Shown here: positions 8,119 to 18,469 of the stretch, one piece after another | How positions within the stretch are numbered: the stretch's first letter is position 1 | How the letters are laid out: every line of letters starts with the position of its first letter | Assembly (NCBI GenBank): GCA_034716235.1 | Contig: JAYEHH010000019.1 | Span: 16,114 to 80,113 of the forward strand | Source: Patescibacteria group bacterium | GTDB taxonomy: Bacteria; Patescibacteriota; Minisyncoccia; CAIUEV01; JAHKAQ01 | Reading direction: 5' to 3' | DNA: 64,000 bases | Made by a program: the position numbers and the translations under genes | The notes under the pieces: generated by a model | The model's database searches: none | Told to the model about the DNA's origin: nothing | What the model saw: only the letters and a program-made list of their open reading frames with translations

Positions 8119-10203
8119 TTGTTGATTATGAAATCAATTATAAAAATCAAAAGGAATTTTGGGGAAAATAAAAAAATCCACCAAGAGAGTCGTCAAAAGA
8201 GTTTCAATGGCTGGGGGATTTGGAATATTTGGAGAAATTGGAAAATTTTGCCAACCCTAATTCTATCTTTTATCTTTTGTCTTGTTCTTGAAGTTCCTAT
8301 AAGTTTTGCCAATTCGGATGAAATTAATTCAGGTGAAATAATTATTAGTGAATTTATGGCCAATCCCAAAGCGGTTAGTGATACTGCTGGAGAATGGCTT
8401 GAATTTTACAACGCAAGTCCAGAATCAATTAATTTAAACGGCTGGCTAATAGAAACTCAAAATAATCAGCATTTAATCTCCCAAGATTTTTTAATAGCAC
8501 CCGCTGAACATTTGGTAATTTGTAAAAATGCCGACTTTAATGAAAACGGCAATATCCCCTGCTCTTATCAATATTCAGGAATTACTTTAGTAAATACCGC
8601 TGGACAAATTAGATTAACAAACAATGATCAAATTATTTTTGAATTAGATTATGTAGCAGACATGATTTCCGAGGGAAAATCTACGGAGCTTACAGATCTA
8701 GAAAATATTACCGGAGATAATTACTCTCTATCAGAAAATTGGCACCCCAGTTTTAACAAGCTAGAGTCTTTAGATTTTGGCACTCCCGGAGAAATTAACA
8801 GCTCCTTACCGGAAACTCCCAATGATTCTGAATCAGAAATCCCAGAAATTAATGAAATCTCTGAAATAAATAATCCCACAACTGATGAAAATTCTAATCT
8901 CGTTTCTACAACCCACTCTAACGCCGTCACTACTGCCATTCTTATTACAGAAATATTACCCAATCCGACAGGAGTAGACAGCAAAGACAATGAATTTATA
9001 GAATTTTATAATCCAAATACATATCCCGTTGACCTTTTGGGCTGGAAACTTTCCAATAAAAAAGAACATGAATATGTTTTTGAAAATTCTTTTATAATAA
9101 ATCCGGAAAGTTATAATGTTATTTATCGTAAAGACTTTAGTTTTACTCTCTATAATGAAAATGGTTCTATGACCTTGTCTGACAAAAAAGATGAACCAAT
9201 TGATGTTTTATCTTTTAATGGTTCAGCCAAAACTGGACAATCTTTAAATAAAAATCTGGCTGGAAACATCTTTTGGTCTAGCCTTATTTCTCCAGGGACC
9301 AAAGCCTTAGAGCCTCAAACTGAAAATACCGAGCTTAATCAAGAATCCCAATCGTCAGCATCTTTTACAAAAATAACCCAATTAAATCAGTTTGGATTTT
9401 TAGAAAATCTTTCTCCCGTTTCAATAAAGGGATTGATTGTCTCCCCTCCCGGCATTCCTCAATCGCACAGCTTTTATCTCCAACAGGATGATTGGGGAGT
9501 TCTTGTTAAAGCTCCTGGAAGTTCTCAATATAAACAAGGAGATTACTTAGAAGTAAAAGGAATTCTTCATCAAACACAGAAGTATAATTATATAAAAACA
9601 ACCAGCCTAGATGATCTTAAAAAAATAAAGAGCAAGTCAATTTCCTATTACGATATTAGTAAATGCTTTATGAAGGGAACTTGTTTGAAAAAGCTTGGAT
9701 CAGCGGTTAAATTTACCGGTGAGTTTGTAAAAAAAACTGCTACAGCACTTTATTTCGTGAATAAAGATAGTGGAATAGATAGTGAAATAGCATTATTCTT
9801 GCCAAATAATTTATATTTTGATGTTTCAGTATTAGAAAAAGGAGACCTTTATGAAATCAAAGGAATTCTTGAAAAAACATCCTCTGTTTTTAGAATTTTA
9901 GCCACCAACCAAGATTCCCTTACTTTAATTTCAAAAAAATCAAAAGAGGAAAGCAAGAAAATTGGTTTACAATCAAAACTTCAAACTATTTACCCAAAAA
10001 CAGAAAAGGGGGCTAGAAGCTTTTTTCCTTCTTTATTGAAAAAACCTACTTCACTTGCAAATAAAATAACTATTGCTGAAAATTTATCAGAATCGTTAGG
10101 CAGTCAAGAGGAAGGTAAAAACGAAAATGTGATTTTTTCCTTAAGGAAAAAATCACATAATTATCTGATAATTATTATGAAAACTTTGGCTTCTATGGCT
10201 TAA
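8119..10203 (+). CDS. Secreted or membrane-anchored protein with two lamin-tail domains (LTD) and C-terminal OB-fold-like repeats
   Basis: N-terminal TM/signal. Two LTD signatures: 'IIISEFMANP...GEWLEFYNAS...LNGWLI' and 'ILITEILPNPTGVDSKDNEFIEFYNPN...LLGWKLS'. C-terminal repeated 'Y(L)E(V/I)KGIL' blocks. Confidence 0.6.
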   Translation: MLIMKSIIKIKRNFGENKKIHQESRQKSFNGWGIWNIWRNWKILPTLILSFIFCLVLEVPISFANSDEINSGEIIISEFMANPKAVSDTAGEWLEFYNASPESINLNGWLIETQNNQHLISQDFLIAPAEHLVICKNADFNENGNIPCSYQYSGITLVNTAGQIRLTNNDQIIFELDYVADMISEGKSTELTDLENITGDNYSLSENWHPSFNKLESLDFGTPGEINSSLPETPNDSESEIPEINEISEINNPTTDENSNLVSTTHSNAVTTAILITEILPNPTGVDSKDNEFIEFYNPNTYPVDLLGWKLSNKKEHEYVFENSFIINPESYNVIYRKDFSFTLYNENGSMTLSDKKDEPIDVLSFNGSAKTGQSLNKNLAGNIFWSSLISPGTKALEPQTENTELNQESQSSASFTKITQLNQFGFLENLSPVSIKGLIVSPPGIPQSHSFYLQQDDWGVLVKAPGSSQYKQGDYLEVKGILHQTQKYNYIKTTSLDDLKKIKSKSISYYDISKCFMKGTCLKKLGSAVKFTGEFVKKTATALYFVNKDSGIDSEIALFLPNNLYFDVSVLEKGDLYEIKGILEKTSSVFRILATNQDSLTLISKKSKEESKKIGLQSKLQTIYPKTEKGARSFFPSLLKKPTSLANKITIAENLSESLGSQEEGKNENVIFSLRKKSHNYLIIIMKTLASMA

Positions 10204-10300
10204 GACTACTTTAAGAAAATGAAATTAACATTTTTATTTCTTTATTTTCCACTCTCCCTATTTTCTGATAAAATAAATTTAATAGCATTTATCACTCATT

Positions 10301-10783
10301 ATGATTATTTTAGGAATAGACCCTGGATTTGCCAGAACGGGTTACGGAATTATTAAAAAAGAAAAGGGTAAAATTACCGTTCTTGATTTTGGATGTATTA
10401 TTACCGAAAAAGACCAAGACTTTCCCGATCGTTTAGTTAGGATTAATACTGACCTAGTGTCTTTATTAAAAAAATCCAAGCCTGATTCTTGTGCTATAGA
10501 AGATTTGTTTTTTTTCAAAAACTCTAAAACGGTTTTAGCTGTTGCGGCTGCCAGAGGCGTTTTAATGTTTACCGTAAAGAAAAAACATATTCCCATTTCT
10601 GAATATACGCCCTTGCAAGTAAAACAAGCAGTTACCGGCTACGGCAGGGCCGATAAAGCTCAAATTATGTCTATGGTTAAACATATTTTAAAAATAAAAA
10701 CATCTATTAAGCTAGACGACACTTCTGATGCACTAGCCATCGCTCTTTGTCATGCCAACTCCTTAAAAAAGGGACTCTATTAA
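10301..10783 (+). CDS. ruvC: Holliday junction resolvase RuvC
   Basis: 'MIILGIDPGFARTGYGII' RNase-H-fold start, approximately 160 aa. Confidence 0.85.
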   Translation: MIILGIDPGFARTGYGIIKKEKGKITVLDFGCIITEKDQDFPDRLVRINTDLVSLLKKSKPDSCAIEDLFFFKNSKTVLAVAAARGVLMFTVKKKHIPISEYTPLQVKQAVTGYGRADKAQIMSMVKHILKIKTSIKLDDTSDALAIALCHANSLKKGLY

Positions 10784-10891
10784 TGTTAATTTGACTATTA
10801 CCCCTAAATGTTTTAATAAACATTCAAATGCTTGTTTTTTTTAAATTGAAAGTATAAGCTTTATCTAGAAACAATAAGCTATTAATGGCTA

Positions 10892-11593
10892 TTGGATTTT
10901 CTATTCTTATTAAAAATCAATGATATAAAAACCATGGATAGTTTCATTCAGTTCGTAGTGAATCAAGGCGTTCCTCTGGAAACAATTAAGCTCATGTTAA
11001 TGTTTCCTCTAGTGGTAACCATTATGGCTGCTACTCGCCAAGTAATAGGTATTAAAGCTTTTGGTATTTATACTCCATCAATTATCGCCATTGCATTTTT
11101 ATCAACTGGGTTAAAATATGGAATTTTTCTATTTTTAATTATTTTAATAGTAGGTACCGCCTCTCGCTTAATTTTAAAACAATTTAGACTTCTGTATTTA
11201 CCACGAGTCGCCATAATGCTGTCTGTAATCTCAGTAACTATCTTTTTAGTTTTAGCCGTTAGCGGTTATTTTCAAAGAACAGGGTTGGCTGCAGTTTCTA
11301 TTTTTCCTCTTCTAATTATGATTACAATTATGGAGAAATTTATTGTTATTCAAATTGAAAAAGGAGCTAAAACTGCTATTTTTTTATCCCTAGAAACACT
11401 TTTCCTGTCAATAATTGCCTGTCTTGTAGTAAGTATTGCCTCGTTCCAAAATCTTATTTTGGCACACCCTTGGCTTATTCTTATTGTAATCTTACTTAAT
11501 GTTGTCCTTGGCAAATGGACAGGACTAAGATTTTCAGAATATTATCGATTTAAAGAAGTTATAAATGATACTGAACTCCCTGAAAAAAAGTAG
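10892..11593 (+). CDS. 7-TM membrane protein of the 7TM_transglut-like family (partner of RimK-like ligases)
   Basis: About seven hydrophobic helices and a C-terminal 'GKWTGLRFSEYYRF' motif resembling the conserved G(R/K)(Y/W)TGLR(L/F)xE(Y/F)xRF. Its end overlaps the start of the next gene. Confidence 0.5.
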   Translation: MDFLFLLKINDIKTMDSFIQFVVNQGVPLETIKLMLMFPLVVTIMAATRQVIGIKAFGIYTPSIIAIAFLSTGLKYGIFLFLIILIVGTASRLILKQFRLLYLPRVAIMLSVISVTIFLVLAVSGYFQRTGLAAVSIFPLLIMITIMEKFIVIQIEKGAKTAIFLSLETLFLSIIACLVVSIASFQNLILAHPWLILIVILLNVVLGKWTGLRFSEYYRFKEVINDTELPEKK

Positions 11594-12986
11594 CGATGTT
11601 CTCGGGATGAACTCCCGAAATCTGGACTATATTAGACCCTACAATAAACGACGCGCCAGAAAAATCGCTGACAATAAACTCTTAACGAAAAAAATACTAA
11701 GGAGGAATAATATTCGGACTCCCCGGCTTATTAGTCGCGTCTCAAATATTGCCCAACTTAAAACATTTGACTGGGATGGTTTGCCCAATTCTTTTGCCTT
11801 GAAACCCAATCATGGATTGGGAGGAGGAGGAATTATTGTTATTTATGGAAAAAAGAAAAATGGGAATTGGGTAAGAGCCGACCGTCAAGAGGTTTCTGTT
11901 CAAGATCTTAAAAATCATATTGTTAATATCCTTGATGGTAATTATTCTTTAGCCGGAACACCAGATACGGCCTTCTTTGAAGAAAGAGTTAAGATTCTTA
12001 AATTATTTAAACCCTATGGCTTCAGAGGTATTCCCGACATTAGAGTTATTGTGTTTAATAATGTACCAATAATGGCAATGTTGCGTCTTCCTACTGAGGA
12101 ATCGGGGGGAAGAGCTAATCTTCATCTAGGAGGAATTTGTGTTGGAATTGATTTAGCAACTGGCATTACCACAACTGCCATTACTAGAAATTTAGCCACT
12201 CAAAAAGAATTTTTAATTGATTATGTCCCTAATACTCGTCTTTCTTTATCAGGTGTTACTATACCTGGTTGGAAAGAAATTTTAGAAATATCGGTTAAAA
12301 CTCAACAATTGACCAGTATTGGATATTTGGGTGTAGATATTATGATTGATCGCGAAAGAGGTCCTGTTGTTGCTGAACTTAACGCTAGGCCCGGCTTAGG
12401 GATTCAAATAGCTAATCTTGCTCCTTTAAAATCAAGGCTTCAAAAAGTAGCTGGATTAAAAATAAAATCTGTCGCTAGGGGTGTTCGAGTTGGACAAGAT
12501 CTCTTTGGAGGAGAGATTGAAGAAGACATAGAAGATATGACGGGAAAGAAAGTGTTGGGAATTTTTGAGAATGTGATTATTGCAAATCCTCACAGTAATC
12601 TTTCCGAGGAAGTAGAAGCGAAAATAGACACGGGAGCTTACTCTTCCTCTATTTCCAGTGATTTAGCAATAAAATTGGGTTATGAAAAAATTGTCAAAAA
12701 ATTCAATAATGTGGATCATAATAATGGATCAACAAAGAGTGACAGTTTTCATAGCCCATTACTTGCCAGCGTTGTTAGTGTTTATTCTGCTCACGGAAAA
12801 ACAATTAGACCTAAGGTTGTAATAAAACTTACATTGGGGGGCGTTACTTTTGAAACATTAGCTACCATAGCCGAACGGGTAGATTTAAAATATAGGGTAC
12901 TTATAGGAAGAAGAGATTCAAGAAAATTTATTGTTGATCCTAGTAAAATAAAATCAAATACTACATCTATGACTAATAGATTCTAG
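11565..12986 (+). CDS. RimK-like alpha-L-glutamate-ligase-related ATP-grasp enzyme fused to a C-terminal retropepsin-like (PF05618 'Zn-protease'-type) domain
   Basis: N-terminal half has the ATP-grasp 'LKPNHGLGGGGIIVIY' and 'VDIMID...PVVAELNARPG'. C-terminal half has 'AKIDTGAYSSSIS' (retropepsin-like D-T/S-G). Confidence 0.6.
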   Translation: MILNSLKKSSDVLGMNSRNLDYIRPYNKRRARKIADNKLLTKKILRRNNIRTPRLISRVSNIAQLKTFDWDGLPNSFALKPNHGLGGGGIIVIYGKKKNGNWVRADRQEVSVQDLKNHIVNILDGNYSLAGTPDTAFFEERVKILKLFKPYGFRGIPDIRVIVFNNVPIMAMLRLPTEESGGRANLHLGGICVGIDLATGITTTAITRNLATQKEFLIDYVPNTRLSLSGVTIPGWKEILEISVKTQQLTSIGYLGVDIMIDRERGPVVAELNARPGLGIQIANLAPLKSRLQKVAGLKIKSVARGVRVGQDLFGGEIEEDIEDMTGKKVLGIFENVIIANPHSNLSEEVEAKIDTGAYSSSISSDLAIKLGYEKIVKKFNNVDHNNGSTKSDSFHSPLLASVVSVYSAHGKTIRPKVVIKLTLGGVTFETLATIAERVDLKYRVLIGRRDSRKFIVDPSKIKSNTTSMTNRF

Positions 12987-13024
12987 GAAAGACTTTTAAG
13001 AACATCGGGTTTAATAAGTTTTGT

Positions 13025-14449
13025 ATGAAAAATAAAAATATTAAAGAAGTTTTTAAAAAATTTGAAAATCCTATTATCGGAGCTTCTGTTCAAGCCTTTG
13101 GTAGAATAGGTTTAGAAAAAATCTTTCCTAATTTTAACATTGCCTGCTTAAATTATTCGAATGAATTAGAAAAAATGCGGAAAGATAATATTAATGTTTT
13201 TTGTCTTGAAGAATCTCTTGGCAAAAAATCTACAGACAAAAGAAATCCGACAACTGTTATTAAAAATAAGCTTTTCCAAACTTTTTTAAGAGAAAATTCA
13301 TCAAAAAAAGCTCCTATTTTTGTTTTATATAAAAGCAGTCAAGCAATTGAACACCTTGCTAAAAAATTTAATTGGATAATAGCTGCTAATAAATACAAAT
13401 CATATAAAAAGTTTGAGGATAAAGCACTTTTTAAAAATTTACTAAGAAAACTTAACATTAAAGAGATCCCTGGAGAAATAAATATCTTAGAGGATCTTCA
13501 TTATAAAAAGCTTGCCCTGAGATATCCCGAAGGATTTGTAATACAAGAACCAATGGCTGGTGGTGGAAGGGGAACCTTTTTCATCCACACCGAGAAAGAA
13601 TTTAATAATTGCCTCGATGAATTAAAAACTGATTTTGAATTAAAAGCATCTTCCAAGCTTGTTATTACTCAATTTATTAAGGGATATGCCCCTAGTGTTA
13701 CTGCTTGTGTTACTCAATATGGCATTCTTCAGCTACCACCCCAACTTCAACTCATAGATCTTGCAGAACTTCATTCTGACATTAAAGGCAATGGAGTTTT
13801 TTGTGGACACGATTGGTCAGCAGCTAAAGAAATTGAAGAGCGAGCTTCTCGAGAAATGAATCTAATTACTAAAAAAATAGGTGAATTTTTAAAGGGAGAA
13901 GGATTTAGGGGAATTTATGGAATAGATTTTCTGGTAAGTGATATTGATGGATCTGTTTTTCCCGTTGAATTAAACCCTCGTCTTTTGGGAACATTTCCAG
14001 TTTCCACATTAATTCAATTGAAAAACAAGGAGTTACCCCTGATTGCTTTTCATGTTTTGGAATTTGCAAAAGAAGAATATAAAATAGATATAAATCAATT
14101 AAATCAAAGCTTTTCAAAAAATAAGGAGGGAGCTCATTTTTTTATAACCACCCCCTATATTCCCTATAAAGTCAACGGAACATTGAAGGCTGGTGTTTAT
14201 AAAATCAAGGAAGGAAGATTAAAATTTTTAAGACCCGGTTACGAATTAACTGACCTTAAAAATAAACAAGAGTTTCTTTTAGTTGACGGCGTTCCTCACC
14301 AGCCTAGAATTGAAGAAAGTGGATTAAAAAGAATATTAAGAGTGGTTACTGATTGTCAAATTAGTCAGAACAAGGGAAGATCGCTAAATTCTTTTGGAAA
14401 AGAAATTACCAATGCTGTTTACAAAGCTCTTAAGGTGGAGCCACTATAA
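13025..14449 (+). CDS. Second ATP-grasp-fold enzyme (substrate unknown)
   Basis: 'GFVIQEPMAGGGRGTFF' glycine-rich loop and 'GIYGIDFLVSDIDGSVFPVELNPR' ATP-grasp C-domain. Confidence 0.5.
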   Translation: MKNKNIKEVFKKFENPIIGASVQAFGRIGLEKIFPNFNIACLNYSNELEKMRKDNINVFCLEESLGKKSTDKRNPTTVIKNKLFQTFLRENSSKKAPIFVLYKSSQAIEHLAKKFNWIIAANKYKSYKKFEDKALFKNLLRKLNIKEIPGEINILEDLHYKKLALRYPEGFVIQEPMAGGGRGTFFIHTEKEFNNCLDELKTDFELKASSKLVITQFIKGYAPSVTACVTQYGILQLPPQLQLIDLAELHSDIKGNGVFCGHDWSAAKEIEERASREMNLITKKIGEFLKGEGFRGIYGIDFLVSDIDGSVFPVELNPRLLGTFPVSTLIQLKNKELPLIAFHVLEFAKEEYKIDINQLNQSFSKNKEGAHFFITTPYIPYKVNGTLKAGVYKIKEGRLKFLRPGYELTDLKNKQEFLLVDGVPHQPRIEESGLKRILRVVTDCQISQNKGRSLNSFGKEITNAVYKALKVEPL

Positions 14450-14490
14450 ATATATTCATAGTATAGAATCTAGTTTAGTAAGTTTTTAGT

Positions 14491-16779
14491 ATGAGTAGGG
14501 AACAAAAAGGTATAATTCGTGATGTAAATTTACCCCCCAACAAATGGACTCACCCTCTAGCTTCCTTTCTTTTTTTACTAAGAACGCCAGGAAGGAGAAG
14601 AGAGATTGTTTGGGGATTTCTAAAAATATCTCTTTTGGGATTATTTGGGATTATTATTTTGGCGGTTGGTATTTTTGCCTATTATTCAAAAGACCTTCCT
14701 AAATCCAGTCAGATAGCCGAACGTAGAGTGGCTGAATCAACTAAAATCTTTGACAGAACAGGTAAAGTTTTGCTCTATGAAATCCATGGAGAAGAAAGAA
14801 GAACCATCGTCCCCTTTAATGAAATGCCCAGTGGTATTAAAAATGCCACTTTAGTTGCTGAGGATGATCAATTTTATTCTCATCACGGATTAGACTTTAA
14901 AGCCATCCTTAGAGCGGTTTTAGCGGACCTAAAACACGCAAGGTCTCAGGGAGCCTCAACAATAACCCAACAATTCATAAAAAACTCTGTTCTCTCTCCT
15001 GAAAAAACTTACACCAGGAAGCTCAAAGAAGCTCTTCTCTCTATTGAGTTAGAAAGAAGATTTTCTAAGGACGAAATTTTGGAAATGTATCTTAATGAAA
15101 TTCCTTATGGAGTTAATGCTTATGGCATAGAAGCTGCAGCTCAAACTTATTTTGGAAAACAGGCTACAGCCCTGACCTTGGACGAATGTGCATTATTAGC
15201 TGCTTTGCCCAAGGCCCCTACTCACTTTTCTCCATATGGTATTCATGTTGAAGAATTGGTTTGGCGCAAGGAATGGATTATAAAAAGAATGGAAGACCTA
15301 GGATACATTACTTCAGATCAAGCAATTGAGGCCATAGCTATTCAAACACTAGATAAAATAAAACCCTTCACCTCTCAAATCAAAGCTCCTCATTTTGTAA
15401 TGTATATTAAACAACAATTGGTAGAAAAGTATGGAGAAGAATTTATTGAAAGTGGTGGACTAAAAATCAACACAACCCTGAATTGGGATATGCAATTTGC
15501 AGCTGAGGAAATTATTAAAAAATATGTCGCTAAAAATAAGCAAAATTTCAATGCTACTAATGCAGCCATGGTGGTAATTGATCCAAGAACAGGTGAACTA
15601 TTAGCCATGGTTGGCTCTAATGATTATTTTAATAAGGAGGAGGATGGAAATGTTAATGTGGCTATTAGGGAAAGACAGCCGGGATCATCTTTTAAGCCCT
15701 TTGCCTACGCTACTGCTTTTGCAAAAGGGTATTTACCCAAAACCATTCTTTATGATGTTAAAACAGATTTTAAAGACGAGAGCGGGAGAAGTTATACTCC
15801 TCAAAACTATAACGGATCCTTTGCGGGACCAATGTCTATGCGAGAATCATTAGCCATGTCTTTAAATATTCCCGCCGTAAAAACTTTATATTTGGCTGGG
15901 ATTAACGATACCATTGATACGGCCGAAGTAATGGGTATCACTACTCTAAAAAATAGACAGCGCTATGGATTAGCCCTTGTTTTAGGGGGAGGAGAGGTAA
16001 CTCTCTTAGATGAAACAAGTGCTTTTTCTGTGTTTGCTAATGATGGAATTAAAAATACAAAAAAATCAATTTTAAAAATTGAAAATTCCCATGGAAAAAT
16101 TATTAAAGATAACTCTATTGATATTGGCAAACGAGTTTTGGAAGCTCAGGTAGCTAGACAAATAAATGATTGCCTTTCTGATAATTCAGCTAGAGCCCCA
16201 GTGTTTGGAAGCCATAGTCAACTTTATATTTCTGGGAAAAAAATAGCCGCTAAAACCGGAACGACTCAAGAATATAGAGATGCTTGGACAATTGGATATA
16301 CTCCTGAAATTGCAGTCGGGGTTTGGACTGGAAATAATGACAACACCCCCATGAGAAACGGATCTAGCGGGTCTGTGGTGGCTGCTCCAATTTGGCATGA
16401 ATTTATGTCTAGGTTTATTAACCGATATTCTTCAACCGAATTCATTAAACCTAGAGAAATAAAAATTCAAAAACCTATGCTTGGTGGATACATTAAAGAT
16501 AATATCACTCTAAGAATTGATAAAAAATCAGGATACGAGGCTACTGAAAAATGTTCTAAGAAGCACACAAAGGAAGTAACCTTTCAAGAAAGTCATTGTA
16601 TTTTATATTATCTAGACAAGGAAAATCCTTCCGGGGCATATCCTAAAGAACCAAAATCAGATCCTCAATTTAAAAATTGGGAAAAAGCTGTTCAGAAATG
16701 GGCTGACCATAATGATGTTGAGAGTACACCTCCAGATAAGAAGGGGTGTAAGGGTAAAGAAGAAGATGATGATGATTAA
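14491..16779 (+). CDS. Class A penicillin-binding protein (bifunctional transglycosylase/transpeptidase, PBP1A-like)
   Basis: N-terminal TM, GT51 motifs 'EDDQFYSHHGLD' and 'QGASTITQQFIKN', a transpeptidase module, and an acidic tail 'EEDDDD'. Confidence 0.85.
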   Translation: MSREQKGIIRDVNLPPNKWTHPLASFLFLLRTPGRRREIVWGFLKISLLGLFGIIILAVGIFAYYSKDLPKSSQIAERRVAESTKIFDRTGKVLLYEIHGEERRTIVPFNEMPSGIKNATLVAEDDQFYSHHGLDFKAILRAVLADLKHARSQGASTITQQFIKNSVLSPEKTYTRKLKEALLSIELERRFSKDEILEMYLNEIPYGVNAYGIEAAAQTYFGKQATALTLDECALLAALPKAPTHFSPYGIHVEELVWRKEWIIKRMEDLGYITSDQAIEAIAIQTLDKIKPFTSQIKAPHFVMYIKQQLVEKYGEEFIESGGLKINTTLNWDMQFAAEEIIKKYVAKNKQNFNATNAAMVVIDPRTGELLAMVGSNDYFNKEEDGNVNVAIRERQPGSSFKPFAYATAFAKGYLPKTILYDVKTDFKDESGRSYTPQNYNGSFAGPMSMRESLAMSLNIPAVKTLYLAGINDTIDTAEVMGITTLKNRQRYGLALVLGGGEVTLLDETSAFSVFANDGIKNTKKSILKIENSHGKIIKDNSIDIGKRVLEAQVARQINDCLSDNSARAPVFGSHSQLYISGKKIAAKTGTTQEYRDAWTIGYTPEIAVGVWTGNNDNTPMRNGSSGSVVAAPIWHEFMSRFINRYSSTEFIKPREIKIQKPMLGGYIKDNITLRIDKKSGYEATEKCSKKHTKEVTFQESHCILYYLDKENPSGAYPKEPKSDPQFKNWEKAVQKWADHNDVESTPPDKKGCKGKEEDDDD

Positions 16780-16797
16780 ATAAATATTAATTATTTA

Positions 16798-17100
16798 CTA
16801 AATCAATCTGTAACGTATTTTTTCAACACATTTTCTTCCGGCTTTAGTGTTTATTTTATCAATAATTAAATCACTTTCGGTTCTTATTTTATTTCCCATA
16901 AGAACACTGTGTAATTCTATTTCTAGAGTTTGAGTTTGTTTAAGATATTTAATAACTTTCGGTTTATAATTCTCACCCTTGCAAAAATTAGAGAGAATTT
17001 TCTGACCATATCTACAAACACTAAAGGCTTCAAATTCTTCTGCCACCCCCATTCTGCTTATAATTTTTTCTAATTCTCTTTTAATTCCAAAAGCTGACAT
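16798..17100 (-). CDS. DUF721/DciA-like small protein downstream of dnaN
   Basis: 100 aa, in the position typical of DciA (after dnaA-dnaN). Pattern 'FSVCRYGQKI...KVIKYLKQTQTLEIELHSVLMGNKI' resembles the DUF721 core. Confidence 0.4.
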   Translation of the reverse strand: MSAFGIKRELEKIISRMGVAEEFEAFSVCRYGQKILSNFCKGENYKPKVIKYLKQTQTLEIELHSVLMGNKIRTESDLIIDKINTKAGRKCVEKIRYRLI

Positions 17101-17101
17101 C

Positions 17102-18226
17102 TTATTGTTTGTTTATTGGAGAAATTATACATAGAAAGTTTTTTCCTCTTTCTTTATTGGGTTCTATTAATATTGGAGAATCGTTTTGATTTATTAAAAT
17201 TCGCAATTCATCTTCCTTAATACTATTAATACTATCTGTTAAATACTTATAATTTAAAACAATTTTTACTTTTTTACCACTTGCCTTAATCTTAACCTTC
17301 TTTAATGTCTTACCAGTGTCTTTAGATTGAGCAGAGACGTTCATTATCCTATTGGATGGTTGGATATCCAATAAAATATCATTTGAATCAGCCTGAGAGA
17401 AAAGAGCAGCTAATTTAACAGCACCAAGAAGTTCATTTTTATCTAAAATAATTTCTGTTTTATACTCTTTGGGAATTATTTGTGTGTAATCTGGATAATT
17501 TCCATCAATAACTCTTGAAACTAAATAAATATTTTCACACTTAACAGCTATTTGATTCTCTTCAACCAATAAAGATACTACTTCTTCTCTTTGATTAAAA
17601 ATATGAATAATCTCAACCGCTGTTTTACCAGGAATGATTAAGGCATTACTTATTTTTTTCTTTGATTTTTTAATTATTTTCTGCTTTATAGTTCTTTCAC
17701 TTAAACGAAAACCATCCGTAGCGACGACTTTTACTTCGCCCTTTTTCCTTAAAATATAAACTCCAGCTAAGTCAGGCCTCATATTAGAAATAGCTATTGA
17801 AGGAATAACCTGCTCAATTGCCCTAGCTAAATCCTTCCCTTTCATTTTAAGAAAAATATTCTTTCCAACTTGAGGAATTAATGGGAAATCCTTACTTTCA
17901 ACCCCCTTAATTTCATTATTACAAGTCCCTGTACTTATTTTAATATTATTTCCACTTTTCTTAATAGTAATCTTCTTTTCACTGATTCCCTCCATTACAT
18001 TACTTAATATTTTAGCTGGTACAGCTATTTTACCTGTTTTTTTTACAGAAGCTCTAATATTAAGAATAACACCCATCTCCAGGTTTGTTGCTTTTAAAAC
18101 TAATCCACCTTTTCTGGCTTCAAGATAAACACTAGATAAAATAGGAAGGGTTGTATTATAACCAGTAATTCTAGTTAATAAGTGAAGTTGGTTAATTAAA
18201 TGTTCTTTTAAAAATGTAAGTTCCAT
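17102..18226 (-). CDS. dnaN: DNA polymerase III beta sliding clamp
   Basis: 374 aa immediately downstream of dnaA, with three-domain clamp architecture; starts 'MELTFLKEHL'. Confidence 0.85.
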   Translation of the reverse strand: MELTFLKEHLINQLHLLTRITGYNTTLPILSSVYLEARKGGLVLKATNLEMGVILNIRASVKKTGKIAVPAKILSNVMEGISEKKITIKKSGNNIKISTGTCNNEIKGVESKDFPLIPQVGKNIFLKMKGKDLARAIEQVIPSIAISNMRPDLAGVYILRKKGEVKVVATDGFRLSERTIKQKIIKKSKKKISNALIIPGKTAVEIIHIFNQREEVVSLLVEENQIAVKCENIYLVSRVIDGNYPDYTQIIPKEYKTEIILDKNELLGAVKLAALFSQADSNDILLDIQPSNRIMNVSAQSKDTGKTLKKVKIKASGKKVKIVLNYKYLTDSINSIKEDELRILINQNDSPILIEPNKERGKNFLCIISPINKQ

Positions 18227-18423
18227 AGTATATAGTTTATTTATTATATATAATTAGTTATTACTATTAGATGGTGGAAAACCGGAATATGGACTAGAAA
18301 AACTTTATAGACGGCGAGTTAAGACATTAAATGTTGTGGCAAATGTTGTGGATATTTTTAGTAAAATAGTGACCTAGTAAGTGTTCACAAATAATCAACA
18401 AAGAAAAACACAAGTTAAACACA

Positions 18424-18469
18424 GGGAACAGTATTTATATTAAATATATTTAATATAAATACTGTTCCC
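18424..18469. repeat. 46-bp perfect palindrome overlapping the dnaA stop codon
   Basis: GGGAACAGTATTTATATTAAATATATTTAATATAAATACTGTTCCC equals its own reverse complement. Confidence 0.9.
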
